IMG/VR virus record: IMGVR_UViG_3300033463_000092
Direction: 5' to 3' (one strand)
Origin: an uncultured virus (IMG/VR IMGVR_UViG_3300033463_000092)
Lineage: Duplodnaviria > Heunggongvirae > Uroviricota > Caudoviricetes
DNA length: 64,000 nucleotides
Part shown: one piece after another, positions 1-10,059 of the stretch
How positions within the stretch are numbered: position 1 is the first letter of the stretch
How the letters are laid out: the number at the start of each line of letters is the position of its first letter
The notes under the pieces: model-generated
The model's input: only the letters and a program-made list of their open reading frames with translations
The model's database searches: none
Told to the model about the DNA's origin: nothing
Translations under genes and position numbers: made by a program

Positions 1-903
1 ACCAGGGATTAATCTACTCATCTTAATCACTTCATTCATTTTTTCCTGAAGGTCTAAAATTTTTCTTTGATATTCATCAGCAGCATTAGCAGAAAGTTTG
101 GAGTATTTTTCTTTGAGGGCGGTAACCTCTTCCATTTCTTGAGAATTTAGATCCTCTCTCACAACAGTAAAATTATCCAAGACTTTTATGACATCTTCTT
201 TGATACCTTCAATAACATTGAGAATAGATTGATCTTCAATCTTTTTTCCTATCATTATGTTGTAAGCTTTCTCTCCATGATCTTTGATGATCTGTTCTTT
301 TGAATAGTCCTTAAAGTAATCACAGAGAGTATTGAATTCTTCTTTAGAAATTTCAATGTACTTCTGACCTTTATCGGATTTGACTATTAAAGAATCATCA
401 ATATTAAGAAATTCGAATTTGAATTTCCGATCATCATTTTTGTATTTTCCACAATATTCAGTCCTTCCAAGATATTCAACCGGAAGAGGCAAAATTTTAC
501 CTTCTTCTCCATTGTTATAATACCACATATCTTTCAGCTCTTTAACAAGCTTTCCAAAGATAGCTTTCCGAAGATCTTCTTTCATAGGACCAGGAATTCT
601 AATAAAGTCATTAACTTTCCATCCAAGCTGGAAATAAATTCCCACATTATTCAAATCCGTGATGGTAATCCTTGGTTCAGCTTTCACAAAGAGGCCACCG
701 CCAACAACGGAGTCGCAAGTTTTTTTGCATCCAACATATCAGCGTTTTCTTGGACAATTATTAAGCTTAAATTCAAGAAAAAAGTTGAGAAGAATCGCGG
801 TTTTGACTGAAGTGATTCCAAGATCGAAGAAATCAAAGATATAAGATCTTCTTTTGAATTCATCTTCTTCTTGGAAGTCCAACTTTCTTATAATATTAGA
901 CAT
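1..903 (-). pseudogene. Paralog of the ~297-aa coiled-coil-tail family, with an in-frame TGA at codon 55; 3' end runs off the window
   Basis: ATG at 903 with AAGGAG upstream. Translation gives LGITSVKTAILLNF...VGGGLFVKAEPRITI...MIGKKIEDQ, matching 1011..1904 and 23596..24492. TGA at 739..741, then the frame is open to the edge. Confidence 0.75.
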
Positions 904-1010
904 TTCGTTTCTCCTTTTATCACTTCTAGATGAATGAAACCTTTCACTGATGGAAATATAGAGGGCGGTAAGAATCTCTTCCTATCACCCTCTATCAGAG
1001 ATCTGAAAGA

Positions 1011-1904
1011 TTAAACCGCCGCCATAGCGGTCATCTGCTTCATATTGGTCTGAAGTTCGGAGATCTTTGCCGCCTTCCGAGCATCAGCCTCAACGAGCAA
1101 ATTGTGGTACTTCGCCTTGATCTCATTGATCTCCGCCTGTTCCTGTTCACTCAGGCTCTTCTTGGTAGCGACATATTCATCGGTGGCCTGCTTAATCTCT
1201 CCACGGATGACCTCAATGGCACTGAGGAGGAACTGATCTTCAATCTTTTTACCGACCATGGTGTCAAAGGCGATCTGACCATACCGACTGACGATCTTAT
1301 CCTTGTCCCGGCCTTTGAAGTATTCATAAATAGCACGGTATTCGTTATAGTCGATGATCAAAACCTGATCTCCATTTTCCTTGGTCTCAACCTTCATCGT
1401 AGGATCCAACTCCAGATAAACCTCATTGGAGTAAGTGGATTCACTGGTCCTGGTGTAATCCTTGATAGGAATGGAGAGCTTTGCATTTTCCTCAGCTTTG
1501 ACTCCACGCCGCTCTTCCACGATGAGATTCACCTTCCACAGCTTTTTGATCTCATTGCCGATCTTGTCCATGATGGAACTGATCATTTCGGTCTTGCTGT
1601 TGGCAACTCTGAGGAAGGAGCTGACCTTCCACTCATTCCGAAAATAGATTCCCACCTCATTCAGATCGTTGATGGTGATCCGAGGATCCGCCTTCACCAA
1701 CAGACCGCCGCCGACCTTCCCGTCAGCCTCATCACGGCTATACCAACTCCGGACCTTGCCTCTGCAGGAGTCCAACTTCATGGAGATCAGGTAATTGAGA
1801 AAGATCGCAGTCTTCATTGAGGTGATGCCGAGAGTATAAAAACTGGGCTTAGCCTGGAAGTTAGCCTCTTCAGCGGGGACGATTTTTTGAATTTCACGAG
1901 CCAT
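1011..1904 (-). CDS. Hypothetical protein, 297 aa, C-terminal coiled coil (three-member family)
   Basis: Own promoter and AAGGAG SD; clear paralog of 23596..24492. Confidence 0.85.
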   Translation of the reverse strand: MAREIQKIVPAEEANFQAKPSFYTLGITSMKTAIFLNYLISMKLDSCRGKVRSWYSRDEADGKVGGGLLVKADPRITINDLNEVGIYFRNEWKVSSFLRVANSKTEMISSIMDKIGNEIKKLWKVNLIVEERRGVKAEENAKLSIPIKDYTRTSESTYSNEVYLELDPTMKVETKENGDQVLIIDYNEYRAIYEYFKGRDKDKIVSRYGQIAFDTMVGKKIEDQFLLSAIEVIRGEIKQATDEYVATKKSLSEQEQAEINEIKAKYHNLLVEADARKAAKISELQTNMKQMTAMAAV

Positions 1905-1976
1905 AATTTTTTTCTCCTTATATTTGGTGGTTGTTCGATATTAAAATATAACAGTGGTTTTCAAAAAGTAAACCGT

Positions 1977-3368
1977 TTACTTCTTGTCAATATGAATCTT
2001 TTCACCAACATTGAGGTTGTTGCAATGATAATTACCGGTGATCATCCACATGATGGGGAGATCAAAGACTTCATTCTTATCAAAGTTCTCACACATACCA
2101 TCCGTAAATATCACAGCCGCATCCACATCAATGTCATTGAGATCCAAGTAGCTGAAGATAGGATGAAGTTTGGTACCGCCAAATCCTTTGAACTCAATCG
2201 GATTAGTAGGATCCAAAGGATTGTTCTGGTCATAGACTTGATAATCTTTGACTTCCGTATCACACTGAATAACATGGAGTTCATAAGAATCAAAGTTCTT
2301 AGCAATGGCATTAAGTTCGGTCAAAAACTTTTCACAGTCCTGCTCACAAGATCCACTCGTATCAATGCCAACTGCGATCCTCATCATATCACCATTATGA
2401 CTGGGAAGATAAGTACCACGATATGCAAATCTCCGATTGGGAATGTTCCAATTGGTTTTGCTCTGAAAACCGGAAGTTATGAACGCCGCTAACAGCTCTC
2501 TCCAAGGAAGCTTGGAATCCAAGAGCTTGTCCACCTGCTTTTTGATATAAGCAGGGAGTTCACCGCGAGTCCGTTCATAACTCTGTGCGGAACTGACGAC
2601 CATTTCCCGGACCTTTTCCGTGGCTTCCCGCTGTTCGGATTCATTCTTGATGATCACAGGCTTATAGTCCTCATCGGCACCTTTTGATCCATACTTATCC
2701 TCAGCACCCTGACTCATAGCATCTTTCAGAGCCTTGTCCTGGTCTTCATTTTTATCAAAGTGCTTATCAAACTGACCGCCGCACTTTTGAGTGTTCCGAT
2801 CTTTCTTAGGCTTCTTCCGAGATTCCGTCTGTTTGGTCTGACTCTGATTATCAGATCCATTTCCTTTGCCGTTGTCATCGTTGTCCGCAACAGCACGGTT
2901 CTTCATCCAATTCTGAATGAGATCATAATATTCTTCAGCGGAGAGACCATCATCAAAAGTGAACTGACATTTCCGAGAGTGCCGAGAGTTGGGAAAGATC
3001 GCATCAGCCGGAGGCATGAATCCATCATTATCCAAGATCTGATTGACTTCCATATCACAAGCGATGTTGAAGATATCATGCTCTTTCTTATCTCCGCGGA
3101 GAAAATGGAGCATAATGACGTGCCAAATTTCATGACCGAGAACGAACTGAATCTCATCGGGGTTGAGCCGAGAAAGGAAGTCAATGTCAAAGTAAATGGT
3201 CTTCCCATCGGTCATAGCAGTGTCACACCTTGCATCACGGGTTGGAACAATATCCAGATTCATGGCAATGTTTCCGATGAAAGGATGCTTGTTCAAAAGT
3301 TGCATTCTGTTGTACGAAAGAATTTTCCGTGCGGTTTCTTTGAGTTCGGTGAGCTTGGTCTCAGTCAT
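1977..3368 (-). CDS. VWA-like domain protein with N-terminal HExxH metallopeptidase (DUF2201-like)
   Basis: HEIWH motif, NIACDMEVN, MIDAS-like DTSGS, GGGT-like FGGT and FTDG; lies near a MoxR-like ATPase. Confidence 0.85.
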   Translation of the reverse strand: MTETKLTELKETARKILSYNRMQLLNKHPFIGNIAMNLDIVPTRDARCDTAMTDGKTIYFDIDFLSRLNPDEIQFVLGHEIWHVIMLHFLRGDKKEHDIFNIACDMEVNQILDNDGFMPPADAIFPNSRHSRKCQFTFDDGLSAEEYYDLIQNWMKNRAVADNDDNGKGNGSDNQSQTKQTESRKKPKKDRNTQKCGGQFDKHFDKNEDQDKALKDAMSQGAEDKYGSKGADEDYKPVIIKNESEQREATEKVREMVVSSAQSYERTRGELPAYIKKQVDKLLDSKLPWRELLAAFITSGFQSKTNWNIPNRRFAYRGTYLPSHNGDMMRIAVGIDTSGSCEQDCEKFLTELNAIAKNFDSYELHVIQCDTEVKDYQVYDQNNPLDPTNPIEFKGFGGTKLHPIFSYLDLNDIDVDAAVIFTDGMCENFDKNEVFDLPIMWMITGNYHCNNLNVGEKIHIDKK

Positions 3369-3428
3369 TTTTATTTCCTCCTTGGTTATATTAAAATATA
3401 ACAGTGGAATTCAAAAAGTAAACAAGAA

Positions 3429-3773
3429 TTAGTAGGGTTCAACGATTTCTCTATCAGACAGCTGCTGCCACATATCGTCTTCATAGACATAGGTATAGCT
3501 AAAATTTCCAGCCTCATTGCAAAGATCATTGAAGCTGAGATTCTTTCTTTTCTTCAGCACACCGAGAAACCCTGCATAAAATTCTGTCAGATCAAAATCA
3601 GAATCAAGACCTCTGATCTCTTTAGCATGGCAAAGCTCTTTTGCCTTTTCGGCTTCATCCCAATAAGTCTGAAGCTTTTTGCCAACTCCATCAATATAGC
3701 CATCAAAATTGATGCAGTTGATATCATAGGTTCCATCTTCATTTTGAAAAGCAATCAAAGCAGTTGTACTCAT
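3429..3773 (-). CDS. Hypothetical protein (MSTxAxI...DGY family)
   Basis: Own promoter; similar to 5980..6435 and 23188..23541. Confidence 0.75.
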   Translation of the reverse strand: MSTTALIAFQNEDGTYDINCINFDGYIDGVGKKLQTYWDEAEKAKELCHAKEIRGLDSDFDLTEFYAGFLGVLKKRKNLSFNDLCNEAGNFSYTYVYEDDMWQQLSDREIVEPY

Positions 3774-3846
3774 TTTTTACCTCTTTATTTTTTATTTATG
3801 TTGTTCCGTATTATAATATAACATTTGAATTCAAAAAGTAAACAAG

Positions 3847-3930
3847 AAAAAAAGAAGCCTCCTGAGGAGAGACTTCCAAAGGAGGATAGAAATATCTGTC
3901 AGGCCAACCACTGCCCTATCAGGAGGCTTC
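3847..3930 (-). ncRNA. 3'-UTR structured RNA motif, copy A (anti-leader loop, anti-SD loop, terminator-like closing stem)
   Basis: GAAGCCTCCTGA/TCAGGAGGCTTC stem plus U7 encloses TAGG-GCAGTGGTTGG-CCTG and a hairpin with loop TCCTCCTT. Confidence 0.65.
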
Positions 3931-3940
3931 TAACACTCTT

Positions 3941-5074
3941 TTACAGAGTACCAGCCGCCTGACTCATTCCACCAATGAACTTCTTAGCGGCTGCCGCATA
4001 GTTCCTATTGGTCATGATGAGCTTCATGGCTTCCATGGGTTTGATCTTCTTATTGCCGAGCATCGCCGCACGGATCATCATGGCACCGAAGTCATTCGGC
4101 ATCTTATCGAGGACCTTGTAGAATCCGTTGACCCTCTTTTCGGTGTCCTTCTCATCGGCACCATTCCACAGATGATAGATCACGGCGGAGGCCACAGCGT
4201 ACCGACGATCGGCCTTGTCCGGGAGCTCAAACTCAGCCTTGTCGTTGGTCATGACTTCCAGGATGGAGTCAAATTCGGAACTCATCTTGAAGAATTCCAT
4301 GAACTCAAGTCCGACACCATTGCCAATCAGACCGTAGACCACCTTCCGAAGAAGGTCGGAATTTCCGTTGAACATATGAATAACATTGCTCACCCGTTCC
4401 CAGGACCGAGGACTCGGCCAACCCTGCTCAAGGTTCTGACCTTCCATCTTAAAGAGAAGATTCGGACGGTAGTTGATGAATCCGATGACCGCGGGGTTGA
4501 TATCATTCATCACAGCCCACTTGACCCAGTCTTCGGAATTGGCTTCCATCTCAAAGTGGACAAACCGGTTAGCCAAGGCGGAACTCATCGTCTTCACCAC
4601 GGCACGGTCACAGGTCCTGTTTCCCGCTGCGACGATCAACCAACCATTCGGGAGCTTGTAATTGGAGTTGGGAATCCGACGGTCCAGGACCACGGAATAA
4701 GCAGCCACCTGACAATCGGAAGGTGCCGAGGTAATCTCGTCAAGAAGAATGATCCCCTTGGACTTCATATCGCGAGGCCAAAAACTCGGAACATTCCACT
4801 CGGTCATCCCTTCACGGACCGAAGGCAGACCAGCAAAGTCCACTCGTTCCATCTGAGCCAAACGAACATCGATGAATCCGATGCCAAGATTCTGAGCCAC
4901 AGTACGGACGATGGTGGACTTACCAACCCCAGGCGCTCCACGAAGCATGATAGCGGGAAGAGAACCGGCCATCTCAGGATTGCCGATCAAGGTTTCCGCG
5001 GAGGTCTTGATGATGTTGTAAGCTTCATCACTGGAGACCAGGTTGTGCATGTCAATGGTGATTCCGTTCGTCAT
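3941..5074 (-). CDS. MoxR-like AAA+ ATPase
   Basis: Walker A GAPGVGKS, Walker B ILLDE, IVAAGN, ALANRF, PSPRSW. Confidence 0.9.
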   Translation of the reverse strand: MTNGITIDMHNLVSSDEAYNIIKTSAETLIGNPEMAGSLPAIMLRGAPGVGKSTIVRTVAQNLGIGFIDVRLAQMERVDFAGLPSVREGMTEWNVPSFWPRDMKSKGIILLDEITSAPSDCQVAAYSVVLDRRIPNSNYKLPNGWLIVAAGNRTCDRAVVKTMSSALANRFVHFEMEANSEDWVKWAVMNDINPAVIGFINYRPNLLFKMEGQNLEQGWPSPRSWERVSNVIHMFNGNSDLLRKVVYGLIGNGVGLEFMEFFKMSSEFDSILEVMTNDKAEFELPDKADRRYAVASAVIYHLWNGADEKDTEKRVNGFYKVLDKMPNDFGAMMIRAAMLGNKKIKPMEAMKLIMTNRNYAAAAKKFIGGMSQAAGTL

Positions 5075-5156
5075 TTTTTCTTCTCCTTATTTATTGGTGG
5101 TTGTTCGATATTAAAATATAACAGTGGAATTCAAAAAGTAAACCGTTTTCACACTC

Positions 5157-5516
5157 TTAATTGGAATAATTCTTAAGGTAGTAGTCAAATTTCTCTTTCT
5201 CTTCGGCATCTTTGATCAGATTGACGGTATTCTCAAGGTTTTCTTCCAGATGATTCTTAAGATCGGTGATCGCCTTCGTGAAAGCTTCCCTCATGGTTCC
5301 GAAAAGTTCATCTTCAGGGTAGATTCCACCAGCTTCAGAACAATACTTGATCCCATCTTTATCAAAGGTGATAGATTCAATCATGATTTCTCGGATCCCA
5401 GAGTAAATGCTGTCAAACAGCTCCTCATCTCTATAATCAGCTTCATCAAGTTCAGCTCTGTCGCGAATGACGAATGCAGTGTTTCCGACATTGAATTTGG
5501 TATTGAGTGATGCCAT
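5157..5516 (-). CDS. Hypothetical protein (TKFNxG N-terminus; paralog of 25441..25809)
   Basis: Own promoter and SD. Confidence 0.75.
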   Translation of the reverse strand: MASLNTKFNVGNTAFVIRDRAELDEADYRDEELFDSIYSGIREIMIESITFDKDGIKYCSEAGGIYPEDELFGTMREAFTKAITDLKNHLEENLENTVNLIKDAEEKEKFDYYLKNYSN

Positions 5517-5597
5517 TTTGTTTTCTCCTTTGTTCTTGTTTTTATTTGTGGCATATATTAAAATATAACATTTGACTTGGAAAAGTAAACAAGCTTC

Positions 5598-5936
5598 TCA
5601 GTTCCAATAAAGTCTGAGAGCTTTGATAAGTCTATTGTAAGATTCTTCAGTAAGGTAAATCAAAGTGGTGAATCCATTGATTCCACGGCCTTCAAGACGG
5701 TTGAGGAAGCAGCGAGAAGTCTTCACAACGTCTACCACCTCACTGGAATATTCACTTCTCATGATTTTGACTTCTTCAAGTTCATCAATTTGAATAAAGG
5801 CATCCAATCTGATAAAAGTGCGGATAGTTCTGGCATTCTGTTCAAGGATTCCACTTTTTCCGCCGGTGGCGAGCTCAGCTCTGTTGGACATATGATAGGT
5901 GGAATAAATGTCGACGTCAATAAAATTTTCATTCAT
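5598..5936 (-). CDS. Hypothetical protein
   Basis: AAGGA SD before MNENF; start revised from the ORF track. Confidence 0.7.
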   Translation of the reverse strand: MNENFIDVDIYSTYHMSNRAELATGGKSGILEQNARTIRTFIRLDAFIQIDELEEVKIMRSEYSSEVVDVVKTSRCFLNRLEGRGINGFTTLIYLTEESYNRLIKALRLYWN

Positions 5937-5979
5937 TTCTTGCTTTTCCTTTTTGTTGATTGATATTGAATTGTGAATC

Positions 5980-6435
5980 TTAATACCAAAAATCATCCGT
6001 ATCACAAAAACGTTCAGGATCTTCATAATCCATGAAACAACTCAGACTAAGCATTGTTCCTTTATGCTGATTGGAATCAGGCTTCAGAACACCCCAACAT
6101 CCGTATTTAGCATCCTCTCTGAAGACGTACACATAGGAATATCCCAATTCCTTGAGTTCATCAAAGGTCAAATTGTCCAGACCTTTCTGCCTCCAATTAT
6201 AATGTTCGGTATTGTAAAGATCTTCTCCAAGAGTCCTTACAGCCTTTCCGTAAGCCAACTTTTTGACATCCTCAGCATCCTGCCAATACCTTTCAAGAAG
6301 CCAACCAGCACCGAACCCATATGGACGATTTAGCTGGTAAGGATGAACAAGTTCAATATATCCGTCACTACAGATTTCAGTACCAGTGAAAGTTCCATCT
6401 TCGTTTTTGTAAAACACAGCAGCATGAGTAGACAT
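5980..6435 (-). CDS. Hypothetical protein (MSTxA...SDGY family)
   Basis: GAAAGGA SD; paralog of 3429..3773. Confidence 0.75.
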   Translation of the reverse strand: MSTHAAVFYKNEDGTFTGTEICSDGYIELVHPYQLNRPYGFGAGWLLERYWQDAEDVKKLAYGKAVRTLGEDLYNTEHYNWRQKGLDNLTFDELKELGYSYVYVFREDAKYGCWGVLKPDSNQHKGTMLSLSCFMDYEDPERFCDTDDFWY

Positions 6436-6457
6436 AATTTATATCCTTTCTTTTTGT

Positions 6458-6841
6458 TCAGTTAGTAAATCCAAATTTCAATTCAGGAAACTTCACCATG
6501 AGACACTCAATGATCTTTTCCTTCATGGTGATCTCATCATCGTAATTTCCCGCGAAGCAAAGGCTATTGTTATCGGAATAATTGATCGAGATCGGGGAAT
6601 CTTTGTCGAATTCAGAATGGAACATTTCCATCGCCTGCTCCATAGCATTTTTGCTGCCGTTCGGACCTTTATACCAAGATCCTCCTTCCGCATGGCAGTG
6701 CCAAAGATCGGAAGGCTTCCACTTCAGATAGATCCTCGGATGATAGCGACAATCCATATCGGTCGCCAAAGCAACCATAATCATGCATTCGGTAGTCTGA
6801 AAGAACTTCTTGTCGCAAAGCCAAACTTTATTCTTCGCCAT
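6458..6841 (-). CDS. Hypothetical protein
   Basis: Own promoter; leader nearly identical to that of the AAA ATPase. Confidence 0.75.
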   Translation of the reverse strand: MAKNKVWLCDKKFFQTTECMIMVALATDMDCRYHPRIYLKWKPSDLWHCHAEGGSWYKGPNGSKNAMEQAMEMFHSEFDKDSPISINYSDNNSLCFAGNYDDEITMKEKIIECLMVKFPELKFGFTN

Positions 6842-7164
6842 TTTTCTTCTCCTTATTTATTGGTGGTTGTTCGATATTATAATATAACTGTTGAATTCAA
6901 AAAGTAAACCTTAACAGGAAACATTTTCATCAAAATATTCAAGTGCTTCGATTTCATTCTTTGCTGGTATTTCTTCCCAATATCCATTCTTAGAGCGCCT
7001 TACAAAGTAAATGCCATCCTCAGATATACCAAGAGATCTACCAAGAAGATCGGTGATCAAAATTTCAATTTCCATTTTCAAACCTCCTTTTCATCTATTG
7101 TCAATATTAAAATATAACATTTGACTTTAAAAAGTAAACACTTTTTGAAAATAAAATCTTTGAT

Positions 7165-7269
7165 CACTATGAACACTTTTCCCCGCCCCCATGGGACAGA
7201 CAGGAAAATGAAATCTCTCCTTTTCTCTGGTTGATATTAAAATATAACAGTGGAATTCAAAAAGTAAAC
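7165..7269 (-). repeat. Promoter-driven hairpin/G-tract element, copy 1
   Basis: CACTATGAACACTTTTCCCCGCCCC..TGGGACAGACAG...CTGGTTGATATT plus promoter; six copies in the window. Confidence 0.9.
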
Positions 7270-7286
7270 CGCATCATCACTCTTAA

Positions 7287-7985
7287 TCAAAGTTTTCTTT
7301 GGCTTTGATCAAACCTTTTTGAAAATTCAATAGAATTATCAGCAGGATATTGATCACCGTCTTTTGCATATTTGGACATATCTTCAATTTCAAACTTTGC
7401 AATTTCTTCTTCAGCTTTATCGAGCATTTTGATCATAACACGATCGGAAATCCCAATTTTGATTTTTTTGATAAAGGCGCATTTTACAGCTCCAGAAGTT
7501 GCAGTCAAAATTTCATAGCTTTCAGGAATTTCAACCCCATAATCATTGACCTTCTGATAATTTTTAGTCATTTCCATTCTGTACGAAACATTCGTTGGGC
7601 CAGGATGATATAATACATCAATCCTCAAAGAAGAGTTTGCATCTGTTCCATTGTGACGGAAAACTTCAGTAATACAAATGGATTTATAACATTCAGCAAA
7701 ATGATCTTTCCAAAGAAGAATTGGATCACGGAAAGAATAAGGATTGACAAATGTGCCAAGGTAAGCAGTAGACACAAATTCAGATTTGCTAAAAGAAATT
7801 TTGCCATGAGACCCATTTCGAAAAACACGATATCCACGTTTGAACAACTCATCGGTTATTCTTTTCACTTGTTCGGCAATTTCAGGAGTGGACCAAGAAG
7901 ATTTAATGATGTTTCCATTAGAATAACGAGGTGCATCAATTTCGGTGAATTCATCTTGAAACATTTTGTCAATACGGGTATTCAT
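7287..7985 (-). CDS. Hypothetical protein flanked by ~99-bp direct repeats
   Basis: GAAAGGA SD before MNTRID; own promoter. Confidence 0.75.
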   Translation of the reverse strand: MNTRIDKMFQDEFTEIDAPRYSNGNIIKSSWSTPEIAEQVKRITDELFKRGYRVFRNGSHGKISFSKSEFVSTAYLGTFVNPYSFRDPILLWKDHFAECYKSICITEVFRHNGTDANSSLRIDVLYHPGPTNVSYRMEMTKNYQKVNDYGVEIPESYEILTATSGAVKCAFIKKIKIGISDRVMIKMLDKAEEEIAKFEIEDMSKYAKDGDQYPADNSIEFSKRFDQSQRKL

Positions 7986-8068
7986 AAGTTTCCTTTCTTT
8001 TATTTTGTTATTAAAATATAACATTTGATTTTAAAAAGTAAACACTTTTTGAAAGGAAAATCTTTGAT

Positions 8069-8166
8069 CACTATGAACACTTTTCCCCGCCCCTTTGGGA
8101 CAGACAGCGATTAAATAAATCGTCTGGTTGATATTAAATTATAACATCTCAATTCAAAAAGTAAAC
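8069..8166 (-). repeat. Promoter-driven hairpin/G-tract element, copy 2
   Basis: Same core as 7165..7269. Confidence 0.9.
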
Positions 8167-8216
8167 GGAAAAAAGAAAAAAAAAATGGAGTCTAAAAAAC
8201 TCCATGATCATTAAAA

Positions 8217-8307
8217 TGGCGGAGGCAACTGGATTCGAACCAGTGGGCAGCTTTCGCCACCGGATGTTTTCGAGACATCTGCCTTAAACCAACTCAGCCA
8301 TGCCTCC
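8217..8307 (-). tRNA. tRNA-Ser(CGA)
   Basis: Cloverleaf; GATGT-CT CGA AA-ACATC, long variable arm, encoded CCA. Confidence 0.95.
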
Positions 8308-8347
8308 GTTTATTTTTAATATAACATCATTTATTTATTCGTAAACT

Positions 8348-8998
8348 TTAGTCCCCATTTCCGCTTATCGAAGGAAGTTTTCCCATAGCTGCAACAATTG
8401 CTCTATTAAAACTCCTAATAATTGGAACTAAAGGAACTACAAACATAATAGTAAATGGAATTGACAACAGTACAAGTTTAATAATCATCATTGGGACCGG
8501 AAGTACTTCAGTAGGAGCTGCCATCATAACTCCATTTTGCCAAGGATAATATGCAACCATAAACGACGATCCACCCCAAATACATTGCATATAATCATAA
8601 TACCATCTAACGATGATCATTCCGTAGTGAAAATCGGTTTCCCAGGGGACAACATAATTTTGAATAAAATTTTTACAAAATACAGAATTTGCTGCTCCAT
8701 GAAAAGTAAGAATACCCATCAAAACTGTCTGAAAGTATGCCCATAAGGAAAGAACAGTAGATACTCCAGCGAAAGGAAGCATAATAATAAAAGCCAAAAC
8801 CTTTCCAAGAAATCCAAAAACTCCTTCACCCTTTGCAAGTAAATTGATTAAATTGTTAAAGGTTAAATACATAAACCCTTCCCAAATTAGCCAAGGAATG
8901 TAAACGGAACAAAAAAATACAGGTAGTGCAATTACAGCCCAAAGAATCCAAGAAAAGATGAAAGTGATTGCAGCTCCAATGAATACTATCAGTGGCAT
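8348..8998 (-). CDS. Multi-pass membrane protein
   Basis: Several long hydrophobic segments; promoter and AAGGAG. Confidence 0.8.
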   Translation of the reverse strand: MPLIVFIGAAITFIFSWILWAVIALPVFFCSVYIPWLIWEGFMYLTFNNLINLLAKGEGVFGFLGKVLAFIIMLPFAGVSTVLSLWAYFQTVLMGILTFHGAANSVFCKNFIQNYVVPWETDFHYGMIIVRWYYDYMQCIWGGSSFMVAYYPWQNGVMMAAPTEVLPVPMMIIKLVLLSIPFTIMFVVPLVPIIRSFNRAIVAAMGKLPSISGNGD

Positions 8999-9062
8999 TT
9001 TAATCTCCTTTATTTTTAAGGTTATTAAAATATAACTTTTTTGAAATAAAAGTAAACTGATA

Positions 9063-9505
9063 AAAAAGAAAGGGTGTTTTAATACCCATCATTTACTCTA
9101 CACCCAATTTCAATGACTTTGCCATGTTTAATTAAATTGTAAAAGAAAAAACATAAAAACTTCTTTAACAATAAGATTTTGGAATGACCTTTATACCATT
9201 TTATAAAATGGAGGTAAAATCTCATTACCTAACGTCTTGATTCAAATTTATGTATTCGGATCAACCGTTTAACCCGTCCAAGGAATGACCTTGAATATTA
9301 AATCTCTAAATTTTAATCCGCCACCAATTCCCTCCAAAAGGTTGCTCGCCAGAATTACCCTCAGCATTGCAAATCAAAGAAATGAATCAAAATACCATTT
9401 AACAAACCAAACCACTGAAAGAAAGGAAAACAATGATTGTTTGCAATCTGCAATCCCTCAACTCTGAGATTAAAAATTATATGATTTTCAAATCATCTTG
9501 TAATC
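9063..9505 (-). ncRNA. Putative late non-coding RNA carrying an antisense copy of the early leader-SD-AUG
   Basis: TATAAATA at 9508..9515, boxA-like 9485..9497, no credible ORF, ends in GGGT...ACCC hairpin plus U tract. Confidence 0.45.
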
Positions 9506-9545
9506 TATATTTATATTTTAACTTGATTTGTTAAAACGTAAACTT

Positions 9546-9821
9546 TTATTTAAGATTTTTCTTAATGTTTGGATTCACATATGGATCAGCTTTATATTCA
9601 TTTGTATAAAGCACACAAGAAGCAAGGACTTTAGCAAGTGCTTCCATTGCAGTATGACCATCCATAGAAGGATCTCCATTATCGCGGGTGATATTTTCAA
9701 TAGCTTCAAAATGACCAATATGCTCATCAAGCTTTGAAATCATTCCTGCAATATCATTTGCAGCTTCTTCAAATTCAGCAACGATATCTTCATTCCTCAT
9801 GTCTTCAAATGTAAATGGCAT
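9546..9821 (-). CDS. Hypothetical protein
   Basis: GAAAGGA SD. Confidence 0.7.
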   Translation of the reverse strand: MPFTFEDMRNEDIVAEFEEAANDIAGMISKLDEHIGHFEAIENITRDNGDPSMDGHTAMEALAKVLASCVLYTNEYKADPYVNPNIKKNLK

Positions 9822-10059
9822 TTTTAATTCCTTTCCAAACTTAATTTTTTGTAATTTCTATAAATTCTTTAAGAAATTCTGTTGGAAGTTTTTCTCCATA
9901 TTTCAAAATTAAATCAGTAATGTCTTGAACTTTCATTGCGTTTTTAGTATTTAAATCAACCAGTTTTGAAATTTGATCCTTTGTATATTGTAGATCTTTC
10001 TGATATCCTCTTAGAACTTTATTCATTTTAGTTACCCATAAACAATCCAAAAATTAAAA

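Noticed and set aside
1104..5176. Long + strand ORFs (1104..1820, 1887..2492, 2760..3401, 4172..5176) and similar antisense ORFs elsewhere
   Set aside because: Shadows of well-supported opposite-strand genes; no promoter or SD
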